A DNA stretch of 64,000 bases from Pseudomonadota bacterium (GTDB taxonomy: Bacteria > Myxococcota > JACRCW01 > JAFGSX01), in the NCBI GenBank assembly GCA_043821645.1, contig JBDRCO010000065.1, positions 64,157-128,156 of the forward strand, written 5' to 3'. Each line of letters begins with the position of its first letter. Positions within the stretch are counted from its first letter, which is position 1. Both the position numbers and the translations under genes were made by a program. The notes under the pieces are model-generated. The model did not search any database, was not told where the DNA came from, and saw only the letters and a list, made by a program, of their open reading frames with translations. Of the stretch, positions 29,286-41,279 are shown piece after piece.

Positions 29286-30302
29286 CTACGCGAGGGCTTT
29301 CTTGCCGAAGAAATCGAGCTGGCCAGCGACGTCCTGCACCTTGTCGGCCGGCCGCATCCGCCGCGATGGAGTGCCGACCATCCGATCGTGGCAGGTGCCG
29401 GCCAGGACATCGCCCTCCCGGCAACCGCAGACCGAGGCAGCCAGCCCCAGCTTCTGCGCCACCTCGAGAAAGCGTCGCAATCCTCGCTCGCGCAGCGCGG
29501 GCTCCAGCACCTTGAACGATCGTCCGGCCTCGTCCTGCTGCCACGAACGGCCCACGAAGCAGCCCTTGAGCACGTCGCGGTGCATGCGGCTCAGCACCCG
29601 GGACATGGCGCGGGCGCGCTCCGGCGTCAGCTGGAGGTAGGCCGCAGCCGCGCGGTGCATGCCGGTGCCACTGAAGGCAGTGCAGAATTCTTCGATGTCA
29701 GCCTGGGTATCATTGATGAGCGGGAGCAGCGGATCCGCCCGTCCGGCCACCCGGACCCCGCGCGAGGTCAGGGCGCGCGCGCAGCGCAGGCGCTCACCCG
29801 GGGTCGCGGCCCCCGGTTCCCACACCGCCGAGATGTCGGGTCGCATGGACACGAAGGGAAGGATCACCCGTACTCGGTCCTGGATGGCGGCCAGCCGCTC
29901 GATGACCGTGCGCGACAGCATGGCGCGCGTGTGCAGGTACAGATCGACACCGTGGGTGGACAGCGTCTCCATCGCCTCGAGCGCGATGTGCTGCACTTCA
30001 AGGGGTGCCAGGAAGGGGTCCCAGGTCTCTCCCACGTGGACCCGATGTACCAGCTCCCCGCGAGCGCGCAGAGCCTTGAGCTCGAGCTCGGCACAGGCAG
30101 CGAGGTCCCTGGGAACATTCACCACGCCGAACAGGTCGCCCTCTTCGAGCGGCTCACCCTCGAGCGTGCCGGTCGGCCCGCCCAGTCCAAGGTCCAGTGA
30201 CCACCCACCGCGCTCGCAGGCCCGCTCCAGCGGCTGCAGCACGGACCGCTCGGCCTTGGTCAGCGCGTAGCGGGTACTGGGTCTGGTCACGTCACGCTCC
30301 AT
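29286..30302 (-). CDS. Spore-photoproduct-lyase/Rv2578c-like radical-SAM-fold protein lacking CxxxCxxC
   Basis: WDPF, LHTR, WEPGAATPGERL and DPLLPLIND are family hallmarks. The Cys triad is absent and the protein ends near QLDFF. Confidence 0.75.
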   Translation of the reverse strand: MERDVTRPSTRYALTKAERSVLQPLERACERGGWSLDLGLGGPTGTLEGEPLEEGDLFGVVNVPRDLAACAELELKALRARGELVHRVHVGETWDPFLAPLEVQHIALEAMETLSTHGVDLYLHTRAMLSRTVIERLAAIQDRVRVILPFVSMRPDISAVWEPGAATPGERLRCARALTSRGVRVAGRADPLLPLINDTQADIEEFCTAFSGTGMHRAAAAYLQLTPERARAMSRVLSRMHRDVLKGCFVGRSWQQDEAGRSFKVLEPALRERGLRRFLEVAQKLGLAASVCGCREGDVLAGTCHDRMVGTPSRRMRPADKVQDVAGQLDFFGKKALA

Positions 30303-30332
30303 CCTCTCTGAACAATTTCAATGTAGCCACCA

Positions 30333-30349
30333 CCTGAACACATGTCCAG
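30333..30349 (-). promoter_or_regulatory. Probable LexA (SOS) box, Myxococcus type
   Basis: Minus-strand CTGGACATGTGTTCAGG matches the M. xanthus consensus CTRHAMRYBYGTTCAGS (recalled) with one mismatch. It lies about 30 bp upstream of ATG 30302. An extra GTTCAG half-site is at 30308-30313. Confidence 0.7.
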
Positions 30350-30462
30350 TCCTGCTTATGTTGCCATACAAAGATTAACATTACGTGGCCATATACGCAA
30401 CCGGATCCGGATCAGATCCCAATCTGGATCCGCCACAGGATCTGAGGGGGGGCCGCTGCCGC

Positions 30463-31032
30463 TCAGGGAGCCGGTGTCAGGGTCAGGGTCAGATTGCCAG
30501 CCAGGGAGGCATCGACCTGAACGAGGTCCAGGCAGGCGCTGGCCACGCGGGTGCCCTCGCCTCGCGCCTGGGCATGACCGGTGACGTGCAGCAGGTAGCT
30601 GCCGTGGTGCACGCTGCCCAGGTTGGCATCGGGAAAATACGCGGTGCCGGCCGTGGCCGCAAAGTTGACGAAGCCGCTGTGCGCGACGTTGAGCGAAGGA
30701 TCCGTGACCGCCAGCGCGCCGGGCCACAGATCCGCACAGGTCCGTGTCGTGTCGTCGGCCGCAGACCGCGGATCCACGAACGCGAAGACCATGCTCTGCA
30801 CCTGGCCGGTGAGACTGCTGCGCAGCATCACGTCCGCTCGTACCTGCTGTGTCTCGACCGCGAGGTCCTCACAGCGGGAGGCAATGCAGGCCCGCTCGAT
30901 CTCCGTGGGACAGGCGGATCCGCAGGCGGACTCCACACGCTGGGCACAATCCCCGGGCAGCGTGCACTCGGCGTCGCCGCCCGGCGGAGCCGTGCACGCG
31001 GTCAGGAGCAAGAGTGTCCAGGCGCGCTGCAT
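30463..31032 (-). CDS. Cys-rich lipoprotein
   Basis: MQRAWTLLLLTAC lipobox followed by a Cys-rich segment (ECTLPGDC...CGSAC...CIASRC). Confidence 0.7.
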   Translation of the reverse strand: MQRAWTLLLLTACTAPPGGDAECTLPGDCAQRVESACGSACPTEIERACIASRCEDLAVETQQVRADVMLRSSLTGQVQSMVFAFVDPRSAADDTTRTCADLWPGALAVTDPSLNVAHSGFVNFAATAGTAYFPDANLGSVHHGSYLLHVTGHAQARGEGTRVASACLDLVQVDASLAGNLTLTLTPAP

Positions 31033-31130
31033 GCCCAACGGTAGTGAGCGCCCCTCGTCGAGGTCAAGCGGCATTGTCCGTTGTGCCGGGGTGCGAGGAC
31101 TGCTACAAGCGGCCCGTGCGTGAGCGTGCC

Positions 31131-32417
31131 ATGCGACTGCTCGCATCCAAGAGGTTCCGCAGCAACCTCATCTTGACCGCGCTGTGGCTCACCATCGCCG
31201 TGCTGCTGGTACTGGTGCGCGAGGTCCTGCTCCCGTTCCTGCTGGCCATCTTCCTTGCCTACCTGCTGCAACCCCTGGTCCGCCGTCTGCGCCAGTTCAC
31301 CGTGCGGGGGCGATCCATACCGCCTGCCCTGGCCACGCTGGCGCTGTACATCCTGTTCTTCACCCTGGTCGTGGTGCTCGGCCGGGTGACCTTCCCGCAG
31401 GTGGCGCGCGAGGTCGTCAAGCTCGGCCGCATCTCCACCGAGGCCGTGATCCGGCTGCGCCAGGACGCGCCGACCTGGCCAGACCGCGTCGAGGTGGTGC
31501 TCAATCGCTACAGCATCCCGGTGCACTTCGTGTGGGGCACCAAGGGCCTGCCCAGCAGCGTGCCCTCCGAGCCGATAGCGCTGCCCGAGGTCGACGCGGT
31601 GACAGGTCAGCTCACCGGTGAGCCGCGCGCGGCGCTGCTGGCGGTGGACCTCAAGAAGGAACTCAGCGGCTACGTCGCCGAGGTCACCGACCTCGTCAGC
31701 CAAGGCGTCGCGCTCGTCGTCACCCAGGCCCAGGGCCTGGTGCGCAACCTGTTCGGCTTCGTGTTCAAGACCTTCCTGGTGCTGATGATGTGCGCCTTCA
31801 TCCTCGCCGACACCGAGCGCATCTCGCGCTTTGCCTTCTCGATCATCCCCATCTCCGATCGCGAAGCCTTTGACAACCTGCTGGCGCGCATCGACCGCGG
31901 GCTGTCGGGGGTGGTGCGCGGCCAGGTCATCATCTGCCTCATCAACGGCCTGCTGACCCTGGTGGGCATGCTGGTGCTCGGGGTTCCCCTGGCCTTCTTG
32001 CTGGCGGGCCTGGCCACCCTGCTCAGCCTCATCCCCATCTTTGGCTCCATCATCAGCACCGTTCCCATCGTCGCCATCGCGCTGACCCAGTCTTTCTCGC
32101 TGGCCCTGCTGGCGCTGCTGTGGATCGTCGGCATCCACTTGCTCGAGTCCAACCTGCTCAACCCGAAGATCATGGGCGACGCGGCCAAGATACATCCGGT
32201 GCTGGTGGTGCTCGCGCTGCTGGTGGGTGAGCACTTCTACGGCCTCATCGGCGCGCTGTTCGCGGTGCCCATCGCCTCCATCCTGCTCACCCTGTTCAAG
32301 TTCTTGCAGCAGCGCGCCCTGGCCTTGCAGGACGAGGCCGTCGAGCAGCCAGAAGGCTCTGTGCCCCTCGCTGCCCTGGCACCCAGCCCCTCATTGGACC
32401 CGCCCAGCACGTCCTGA
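31131..32417 (+). CDS. AI-2E (PerM) family transporter
   Basis: PFLLAIFLAYLLQPLV, VRGQ, IPIFG, LESNLLNPKIMG and GALFAVP. Confidence 0.92.
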   Translation: MRLLASKRFRSNLILTALWLTIAVLLVLVREVLLPFLLAIFLAYLLQPLVRRLRQFTVRGRSIPPALATLALYILFFTLVVVLGRVTFPQVAREVVKLGRISTEAVIRLRQDAPTWPDRVEVVLNRYSIPVHFVWGTKGLPSSVPSEPIALPEVDAVTGQLTGEPRAALLAVDLKKELSGYVAEVTDLVSQGVALVVTQAQGLVRNLFGFVFKTFLVLMMCAFILADTERISRFAFSIIPISDREAFDNLLARIDRGLSGVVRGQVIICLINGLLTLVGMLVLGVPLAFLLAGLATLLSLIPIFGSIISTVPIVAIALTQSFSLALLALLWIVGIHLLESNLLNPKIMGDAAKIHPVLVVLALLVGEHFYGLIGALFAVPIASILLTLFKFLQQRALALQDEAVEQPEGSVPLAALAPSPSLDPPSTS

Positions 32418-32474
32418 GATCCAGGCGGCGACATCCTGGCAGACGTGCCGATAATCGAGGCGAGGACCGCAACG

Positions 32475-32897
32475 ATGGCAGACCCGGAGCAGCAAGACGA
32501 CACCCTGGCAGGACTGCGTGTGGTGCGTCTGGCGATCCTGCACTGGTGGCGTCGGCAACTGCTGCGCCTGCAATCCACAGCCCGTCGTGTCCGAGTGCGC
32601 GTGGTGGCTTACCTTGTCGACAGTGCACGTCCGGCCTGGCTCCGCCGCTGGACGCGGTCGCTGGTGCCCCGTACCGCGGCGCAGGACCTGGCAGCCTCGG
32701 CAGCGGCCCGAGCGGCCATCGCCGCGTTCAAGAATGCGCGCGCGGTCACACCACCTCCGCGTCCCCGGGCACTGGGTGCCGATCACAACGTGGGCAAGCA
32801 GCGTGTCCTCGCCAGCGACGAGAAACTGCAACGCCAGGTCGCCCAGGGTCTCGCCGTTGAGCAGGTTGGCTTCCCGAAGAAGAAGAAGACGCGTTAG
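32475..32897 (+). CDS. Hypothetical basic protein
   Basis: ORF with GAGGA upstream that fills the gap between + strand genes. No motif recognised. Confidence 0.45.
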   Translation: MADPEQQDDTLAGLRVVRLAILHWWRRQLLRLQSTARRVRVRVVAYLVDSARPAWLRRWTRSLVPRTAAQDLAASAAARAAIAAFKNARAVTPPPRPRALGADHNVGKQRVLASDEKLQRQVAQGLAVEQVGFPKKKKTR

Positions 32898-33022
32898 CCA
32901 CCGGTAGACGTGTGGACCCAGCGTGCGCGATGGCCAGCTCACCGCGCGCAGGGACCAAGGCGCGGTGCCGACACCACTGCCAGCAGCTTGACGTGCTCGC
33001 AAAAACCCCCTAGTCAACCGCC

Positions 33023-33844
33023 ATGGCGCCGCCACGAGACCCCATCAACCAGTCGGACGAGCACAACAGCCGGGGCATCGAGCTGGCGGACAGGGGCTGG
33101 CTCGACGAGGCGATCAAGGCCTTTCGCCGCGCCATCGAGCTGGACCCCGCCTCGGCCCATGCCCACGACAACCTGGGCACGGTCTACGCGGAGAAGGGAT
33201 TCCTGCTCGAAGCCCTGCGGTCTTACCTCGCGGCCCTCGAGCTGGAACCGGACAGCCCCACCGCGCACTACAACCTGGCCTGCTTCTTGGTCAGTCACGG
33301 CACGGACCTGACCATCCAGCAGTACAAGAAGGCCATCGAGGTCGACCCTGACTACCCCGACGCGCGCGTGAACCTGGGCCTGACCCTGAGCGAGGCCGGG
33401 CGGCTCGACGAGGCCATCGAGCAGTACCGGGCCGCACTGGTGGCGGATCCCCTGGACAACGTGGCCGAGCACGAGCTGGCCGCGGTGCTCATGGACCAGG
33501 GCAAGCACGTCGACGCCATCAGCCACCTGCGCACGGTGCTGCGCCGTGATCCTGACAATGTCGATGCGTGCATAGACCTCGGCGTCTGCTACACCCTCAA
33601 AGGTTTTCACGATGAGGCGCGCCGGTGCCTCGACCATGCCATGGACCTGGCGCCCGAAGATGCCCTAGCCGGCTACCATCGCGCTGCGCTGGCCGTCAGC
33701 GAGGGCCAGGTCGAGCAGGCCCTGGATCTGTTGCTAGGCGCCCTCACCGCGGACAATACCCAGGTCCGCGCCTGGCTCGAGGGAGACCGGCAGTTCGACA
33801 GCCTGCGCGAGGATCCCCGGTTCATCCAGCTGCTGGTTCTGTAG
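33023..33844 (+). CDS. Tetratricopeptide repeat protein
   Basis: Repeated A..NLG...G...EA...Y..AL...P pattern with a 34-aa period. Confidence 0.92.
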   Translation: MAPPRDPINQSDEHNSRGIELADRGWLDEAIKAFRRAIELDPASAHAHDNLGTVYAEKGFLLEALRSYLAALELEPDSPTAHYNLACFLVSHGTDLTIQQYKKAIEVDPDYPDARVNLGLTLSEAGRLDEAIEQYRAALVADPLDNVAEHELAAVLMDQGKHVDAISHLRTVLRRDPDNVDACIDLGVCYTLKGFHDEARRCLDHAMDLAPEDALAGYHRAALAVSEGQVEQALDLLLGALTADNTQVRAWLEGDRQFDSLREDPRFIQLLVL

Positions 33845-34001
33845 CGGAGGAGGGAACCTGTCCCGGGGTGCTGACGTGCCCCTCGTGGCCATACATGACA
33901 TGGCACCATCATCCGTGACGTGTCACGCGGTGCTTTACGACGCCACCGACCCGTGTTAATCGCTCTGTTTCCGAAAGCTTCTAGAGGGTCTGGCACAAAC
34001 C

Positions 34002-37000
34002 ATGCGCATTCGAAAACTCGCCATCCAGGGATTCAAGTCCTTTGCCGATCGGGTCGTGCTGCAGTTTGACAGCCCCGTGTGCGGCGTGGTCGGCCCCAAT
34101 GGCTGTGGCAAGTCCAACGTCATCGATGCCATCAAGTGGGTGATGGGCGAGCAGAGCGCGCGCAAGCTGCGTGGCTCGCAGATGCAGGACATCATTTTCA
34201 ATGGCTCCGAGGACCGGGGCCCCATGGGCGTCGCCGAGGTGACCATCAGCTTCGACAACGACGGCGTGGGAGTGCCCCCGGAGTATCTCGACCTGCCCGA
34301 GATCGCTGTCACCCGGCGCCTGTTCCGCACCGGTGAGAGCGAGTACCTGATCAACAAGCAGGTCGTGCGACTGCGTGACATCACGGACCTGTTCCTGGGC
34401 ACCGGCGTGGGCAGCAAGGCCTACGCCATCATCGAGCAGGACAGGGTCGGCATGCTGGTCAATGCCCGTGCCGAGGAGCGGCGCCGGGTCATCGAAGAGG
34501 CCGCGGGCATCACCAAGTACAAGGCGCGGCGCGCGGCAGCCGAGCGCAAGCTGGGGGCCACGGAACAGAACCTGGCGCGCATCTCCGACATCGTGGGCGA
34601 GCTGGGCAAACGCCTGGGCAGCTTGCACCGCCAGGCTCGCAAGGCCGAGCGCTTCAAGCGCCTGCGCGCCGAGGCGCAGCAGATCGACGTGCACAAGATG
34701 ACCGCGCGCTATCTCGAGCTGCGCGCGCTCGATGCCCGCGACCGCGATCGCCTGTGCCTGCTCACCGACCGTTCGGATCGCCTGGAGACCGACCTGCTCA
34801 AGCTCGAGGCCGACATCGAGGTGGCACGCCTGGCCTTGCTCGACGACGAGAAGCGGCTCAGTGCCACCCAGGCCAGGCTGTACGAGCTCGACAGCCAGGT
34901 GCAGCTGGCCGAGCAGGAGATCCAGCACAGCGAGTCCGAGCGGGTCCGCCTCAAGGCGCAAGTCGCCGAGGCCACCGAGGAGCGGGCCCGACTCAGCGAC
35001 GAGCAGGCCCGGCTGATCATCCTGCGCGACGAGCTGGCGACCCAGGACGCGGCCATCGTCGAGGGCAGCTCGGACGTGGAACTCCGCCTGCAGCGCCTGT
35101 CCGAACGCATCGAGGAGCTGGGGCAGCTGCGCCAGCGTACCGAGGAATCCCAGGCGTCCGCGCGCGAGGCCTTGTTCGAGCAGCGCACGCGCGAGGTCGA
35201 GCTGCGCTCCAACCTCGAGAGCATGCGCCAGCGCCGGCGCGACCTCGACGAGGAGCTGCGGCGCCAGCGCCAGGAGCTGGTGCAGGCCCAGCAGGCTCTG
35301 GACCAGACCGCCGGTATCCAGCACAGCCACCGCGCCGCCGTGGAGCGTGCACGCGAGCAGCGCGACGAGCTGACCTTCGAAGTCGACACCACGCGCCAGG
35401 AGCTGGAGCGGATCAAGGAACAGCAGGTGGCCGCGGAGCAGGAGCTGGAGCAGGCCCGTCGCATCCTGGCTGATCGCGAATCGCGACTGAGCTCTCTGCG
35501 CGAGGTCGAGCAATCTCATGCGGCGGCGCCGGCGGGGGTGCAGCAGGCGCTGGCTGCAGCGACCGAGCTCGGCCTGCCCGATGTTCATGGCGTGCTGGCA
35601 GATGTGCTGCTGGTGCCCGAACAGGACGAGAGCGCGCTGGCGGCCGTGCTGGGAGCGACCTTGCAGGCGATCCTGGTGGACAGCACGGACAGCGCGCTGG
35701 CGCTGTTGAAGCACGTGCGCGAGCACGAGCTGGGTCGCGTGCGCGTGGTGGCGCGAGACCAGCTTGCATCGGCGACGGGTGCCGGGGCAGCAGCGGATTC
35801 GCTGGCAACGCGGGTCGAGATCGACGCTGGCTGGCGTCCCCTGGTGCGCGACCTGCTCAGGGATGTGCAGGTGGTCCACGATCTGGCCGAGGCCAGACAG
35901 CGCCGGAGCGAGGGCGCGCCGGGCACCCTGGTGACCCGCGGTGGCGAGGTCCTGGACCCGCACGGCGTGTGGAGCGCCGGTGCCCAGGAAGAGAACGCCC
36001 TGGGCGCCCTGAGGCTACATCGCGAGATCCGCGAGACCGAGTCACTGCTGGCCGGGCTCGAGGAAGCCGTGGGGCTCGCCCAGCAACGCCGCGATGGTGT
36101 GGCGGATCGCCGCGAGGAGCTGGAGGTCCGGGTCGACGAGCTGCGGCGTCGGCAGCAGGAGCTGGCCCTGGAGCTGGTGGAGAAGGAGCAGGCCCTGCGC
36201 GGCCTCGCCGACCAGCAGAGCCGCATGCACGCCGAGCACGACCGCGCCCGCAGCGCCCTCGAGCGCACGGAGAAGCAGCATCGAGGTACCGCGGACGAGG
36301 TCGCGCGCCTGCACCGTGAAATGCAGCAGTGTCTGGGACTGGGTGCACGCCACCGCTTGCTGGCCGAGGCCTGGGCTGCCGAGGGCGAGCGCTTCGATGC
36401 CGAGTTGCAGGTCCAGATCGAACACCTGACCGAGGTACGGGTCCGCGTGGCGGCGTCGCGTGAGCGCCGCGAGAGCACGGCGCGTCGTCAGCAGGAGACC
36501 GAGGCGGCCCTCGACGACGTGACAGCCCGGCAACTGCGTGTCGAGCGCGCTGTCGAGCGCGACCAGCAGGAGGATATCCGCCGCGCCGCAGCCATCGAGG
36601 CCGCCCGCGAGACCGCCAGCCGCTGTGCGCACGAGGCCTCGGAGCTGCGCGAACGCCTGGGCGCGGACCGCGAGAGCTACGAGGCCCAGGCCGGCCAGAT
36701 CACCGAGATGGAGGCGACCACCCGCGAGAGCCGACGCCACCTGACCGGACTGCGCAACGAGCAATCCGAGTTGACGGTGCACCTGCGCGAGTACGAGGTG
36801 AACCTCGCCTACCTGGTCGAGCGCGCGGACGAGCGCTACCAGGTCGCCCTGCTCCCGGCCCTGCACGAGTTCCACCTGCTGCCGCTGCCGGGGGTGGCCG
36901 AGGATGAACGCCTGAACCAGGTGCAGCGCAGCATCGAGTCCATGGGCGAGATCAACCTGGCCGCCGCCACCGAGTACGAGGAGCTGGACCAGCGCCACCG

Positions 37001-37571
37001 CTTCCTGTCGACGCAGCAGGACGACCTGACGCATGCCGTGCAGCAGCTCAAGCGGGCCATCACCAAGATCGACCGCACCACCAAGCAGCGCTTCCGGGAA
37101 GCCTTCGCGGCCATCAACGAGAAGTTCCAGCAGGTGTTCCCGCGCCTCTTCGGTGGTGGTCATGCCCACCTGGAGCTGACCACTCCCGATGACCTGCTGG
37201 CGACCGGCATCGAGATCCTGGCGCAGCCTCCAGGCAAGAAGTTGCAGGCCGTGTCGCTGATGTCCGGTGGCGAGAAGGCCCTGACCGCCATCTCGCTCAT
37301 CTTCTCGGTGTTCCTGATCAAGCCCTCGCCCTTCTGCCTGCTCGACGAGGTGGACGCGCCCCTCGACGATGCCAATGTGAACCGCTTCATCGATCTGCTG
37401 CGCGACATGTCGGCGCTGTCGCAGTTCGTCTTCATCAGTCACAACCGCCTGACCATGGAAGTGGCGGACCGGCTGTACGGCGTGACCATGGAGAAGCCCG
37501 GCGTCAGCAAGGTGGTGAGTGTGCAGCTGAGGCCATCGCGGCGTCCGGACCTGGGCGCCGAAGCCGCCTGA
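34002..37571 (+). CDS. smc: Chromosome segregation protein SMC
   Basis: GFKSF, Walker A GPNGCGKSN, a hinge region, signature MSGGEK and Walker B LLDEVDA. Length 1189 aa. Confidence 0.97.
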   Translation: MRIRKLAIQGFKSFADRVVLQFDSPVCGVVGPNGCGKSNVIDAIKWVMGEQSARKLRGSQMQDIIFNGSEDRGPMGVAEVTISFDNDGVGVPPEYLDLPEIAVTRRLFRTGESEYLINKQVVRLRDITDLFLGTGVGSKAYAIIEQDRVGMLVNARAEERRRVIEEAAGITKYKARRAAAERKLGATEQNLARISDIVGELGKRLGSLHRQARKAERFKRLRAEAQQIDVHKMTARYLELRALDARDRDRLCLLTDRSDRLETDLLKLEADIEVARLALLDDEKRLSATQARLYELDSQVQLAEQEIQHSESERVRLKAQVAEATEERARLSDEQARLIILRDELATQDAAIVEGSSDVELRLQRLSERIEELGQLRQRTEESQASAREALFEQRTREVELRSNLESMRQRRRDLDEELRRQRQELVQAQQALDQTAGIQHSHRAAVERAREQRDELTFEVDTTRQELERIKEQQVAAEQELEQARRILADRESRLSSLREVEQSHAAAPAGVQQALAAATELGLPDVHGVLADVLLVPEQDESALAAVLGATLQAILVDSTDSALALLKHVREHELGRVRVVARDQLASATGAGAAADSLATRVEIDAGWRPLVRDLLRDVQVVHDLAEARQRRSEGAPGTLVTRGGEVLDPHGVWSAGAQEENALGALRLHREIRETESLLAGLEEAVGLAQQRRDGVADRREELEVRVDELRRRQQELALELVEKEQALRGLADQQSRMHAEHDRARSALERTEKQHRGTADEVARLHREMQQCLGLGARHRLLAEAWAAEGERFDAELQVQIEHLTEVRVRVAASRERRESTARRQQETEAALDDVTARQLRVERAVERDQQEDIRRAAAIEAARETASRCAHEASELRERLGADRESYEAQAGQITEMEATTRESRRHLTGLRNEQSELTVHLREYEVNLAYLVERADERYQVALLPALHEFHLLPLPGVAEDERLNQVQRSIESMGEINLAAATEYEELDQRHRFLSTQQDDLTHAVQQLKRAITKIDRTTKQRFREAFAAINEKFQQVFPRLFGGGHAHLELTTPDDLLATGIEILAQPPGKKLQAVSLMSGGEKALTAISLIFSVFLIKPSPFCLLDEVDAPLDDANVNRFIDLLRDMSALSQFVFISHNRLTMEVADRLYGVTMEKPGVSKVVSVQLRPSRRPDLGAEAA

Positions 37572-37581
37572 GGCACGAGCG

Positions 37582-37944
37582 ATGTCCTTTCGCGCCATCC
37601 TGCAGCGCGTGGTCGAGGCCCATCCCGGTGTCCTGGGTGTGCTGTTCTGCGACGAGGAAGGCGAGCTGGTCGACATGGCCCTGGCCGAGGGTGCCGACCT
37701 GGACCCCTACGAGCTGCGCGTCCTGGCTGCCAGTGGAGCGTCGTGGCTGCGCACCGTGACCCGCGTCGCCGAGCTCCCCAGCGAGCGCGTGCAGCAATGG
37801 CTGCGCCACGAGCGCGTGCAGGTCCTGATCGAGGGCCTGCCCGAACATTACTACCTGGTGGCCGTGGTGACGCCGACCGTCTCTGCCTCGGTGGTCGCTC
37901 ACAGCTTGCGCCGTGCTGGGGTGGAGACGCGCGCCGAGATGTGA
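37582..37944 (+). CDS. Roadblock/LC7-like protein
   Basis: 120 aa with the pattern F..IL..VV...PGVLGVLFCDEEGE.V and a C-terminal YYLVAV strand. Confidence 0.7.
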   Translation: MSFRAILQRVVEAHPGVLGVLFCDEEGELVDMALAEGADLDPYELRVLAASGASWLRTVTRVAELPSERVQQWLRHERVQVLIEGLPEHYYLVAVVTPTVSASVVAHSLRRAGVETRAEM

Positions 37945-37969
37945 GCATCCCGTCCGCGCAGGTCGGGTT

Positions 37970-40510
<2,541 letters not shown>

Positions 40511-40650
40511 GTTCCATGCTCCGCGCGGCGGACCTGCTGTCGAGGTGGTGCGCGGCCACCGATGCTAGGGCGAATTGCCAGGCCTCACAACCGCAAGTGC
40601 GCTTGCACCCGAACAGGCTGTTCCGTACCGTGTTCGCGGGAGGAACCTGT

Positions 40651-41229
40651 ATGCCGCTGAGCGCGCGCTTCGAGGACTGCCTGGTGTGGGCGAGCCAGCT
40701 CCACCGCGACCAGGTCCGCAAGGGCACCACCATCCCCTACGTCGCCCACCTGCTCGCCGTGGCCAGCCTGGTCCTCGAGCACGGAGGTGACGAGGACCTG
40801 GTCATCGCCGCCCTGCTGCACGACGCCGTGGAAGATCAGGGCGGCCAGGCCCGCCTCGACGAGATCCGGGACCGCTTCGGCGCCCGCGTGGCTCGTGTCG
40901 TCGAGGGATGCACGGATGCCATGACCCTGCCCAAGCCACCCTGGCGTGCGCGCAAGCAGGCCTACCTGGAGCACCTGCCCCGGGCCTCGGCCGAGATCCG
41001 GCTGGTGTCCTGCGCCGACAAGCTGCACAACGCGCGCAGCATCCTGCTCGATTTCCGAGAGCATGGAGACGACATGTGGAGCCGCTTCACCGCAGGGCGG
41101 GAAGGCGTGCTGTGGTACTACGGTGCACTCCGGGACGTCTTTACCGCGCACGGTCCAGTGGCGCTGGCCAGGGAGCTGCACCGGGTGGTCGAGCAGATAC
41201 AGGCCCTGGTGTCGACCCCGGAGCGATGA
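40651..41229 (+). CDS. HD-domain protein, RelA/SpoT hydrolase-like (small alarmone hydrolase/Mesh1-like)
   Basis: HxxQxRKGxxxPYxxH, ALLHDAVED and ADKLHN. Confidence 0.88.
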   Translation: MPLSARFEDCLVWASQLHRDQVRKGTTIPYVAHLLAVASLVLEHGGDEDLVIAALLHDAVEDQGGQARLDEIRDRFGARVARVVEGCTDAMTLPKPPWRARKQAYLEHLPRASAEIRLVSCADKLHNARSILLDFREHGDDMWSRFTAGREGVLWYYGALRDVFTAHGPVALARELHRVVEQIQALVSTPER

Positions 41230-41279
41230 GCACGGCGACGCTTTCGATGGTCGCGAACCCGCGCCGAGGAGCCCCCACC

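Noticed and set aside
30305-30445. oriC-like region (AT-rich stretch plus GATC cluster)
   Set aside because: I saw no DnaA boxes and no dnaA/dnaN context. It is better explained as an SOS promoter.
33990-34005. Sigma-54-like TGGCAC-N5-ATGC before smc
   Set aside because: The -12 element overlaps the smc start codon, so it could not transcribe the full gene.
33981-37676. Long minus-strand ORFs (660 and 544 aa) opposite smc
   Set aside because: Antisense shadows expected in GC-rich coding DNA. They have no motifs and fully overlap a clear gene. The same applies to 11216..12838, 13904..15451, 22450..26703, 50352..53707 and 57716..59665.
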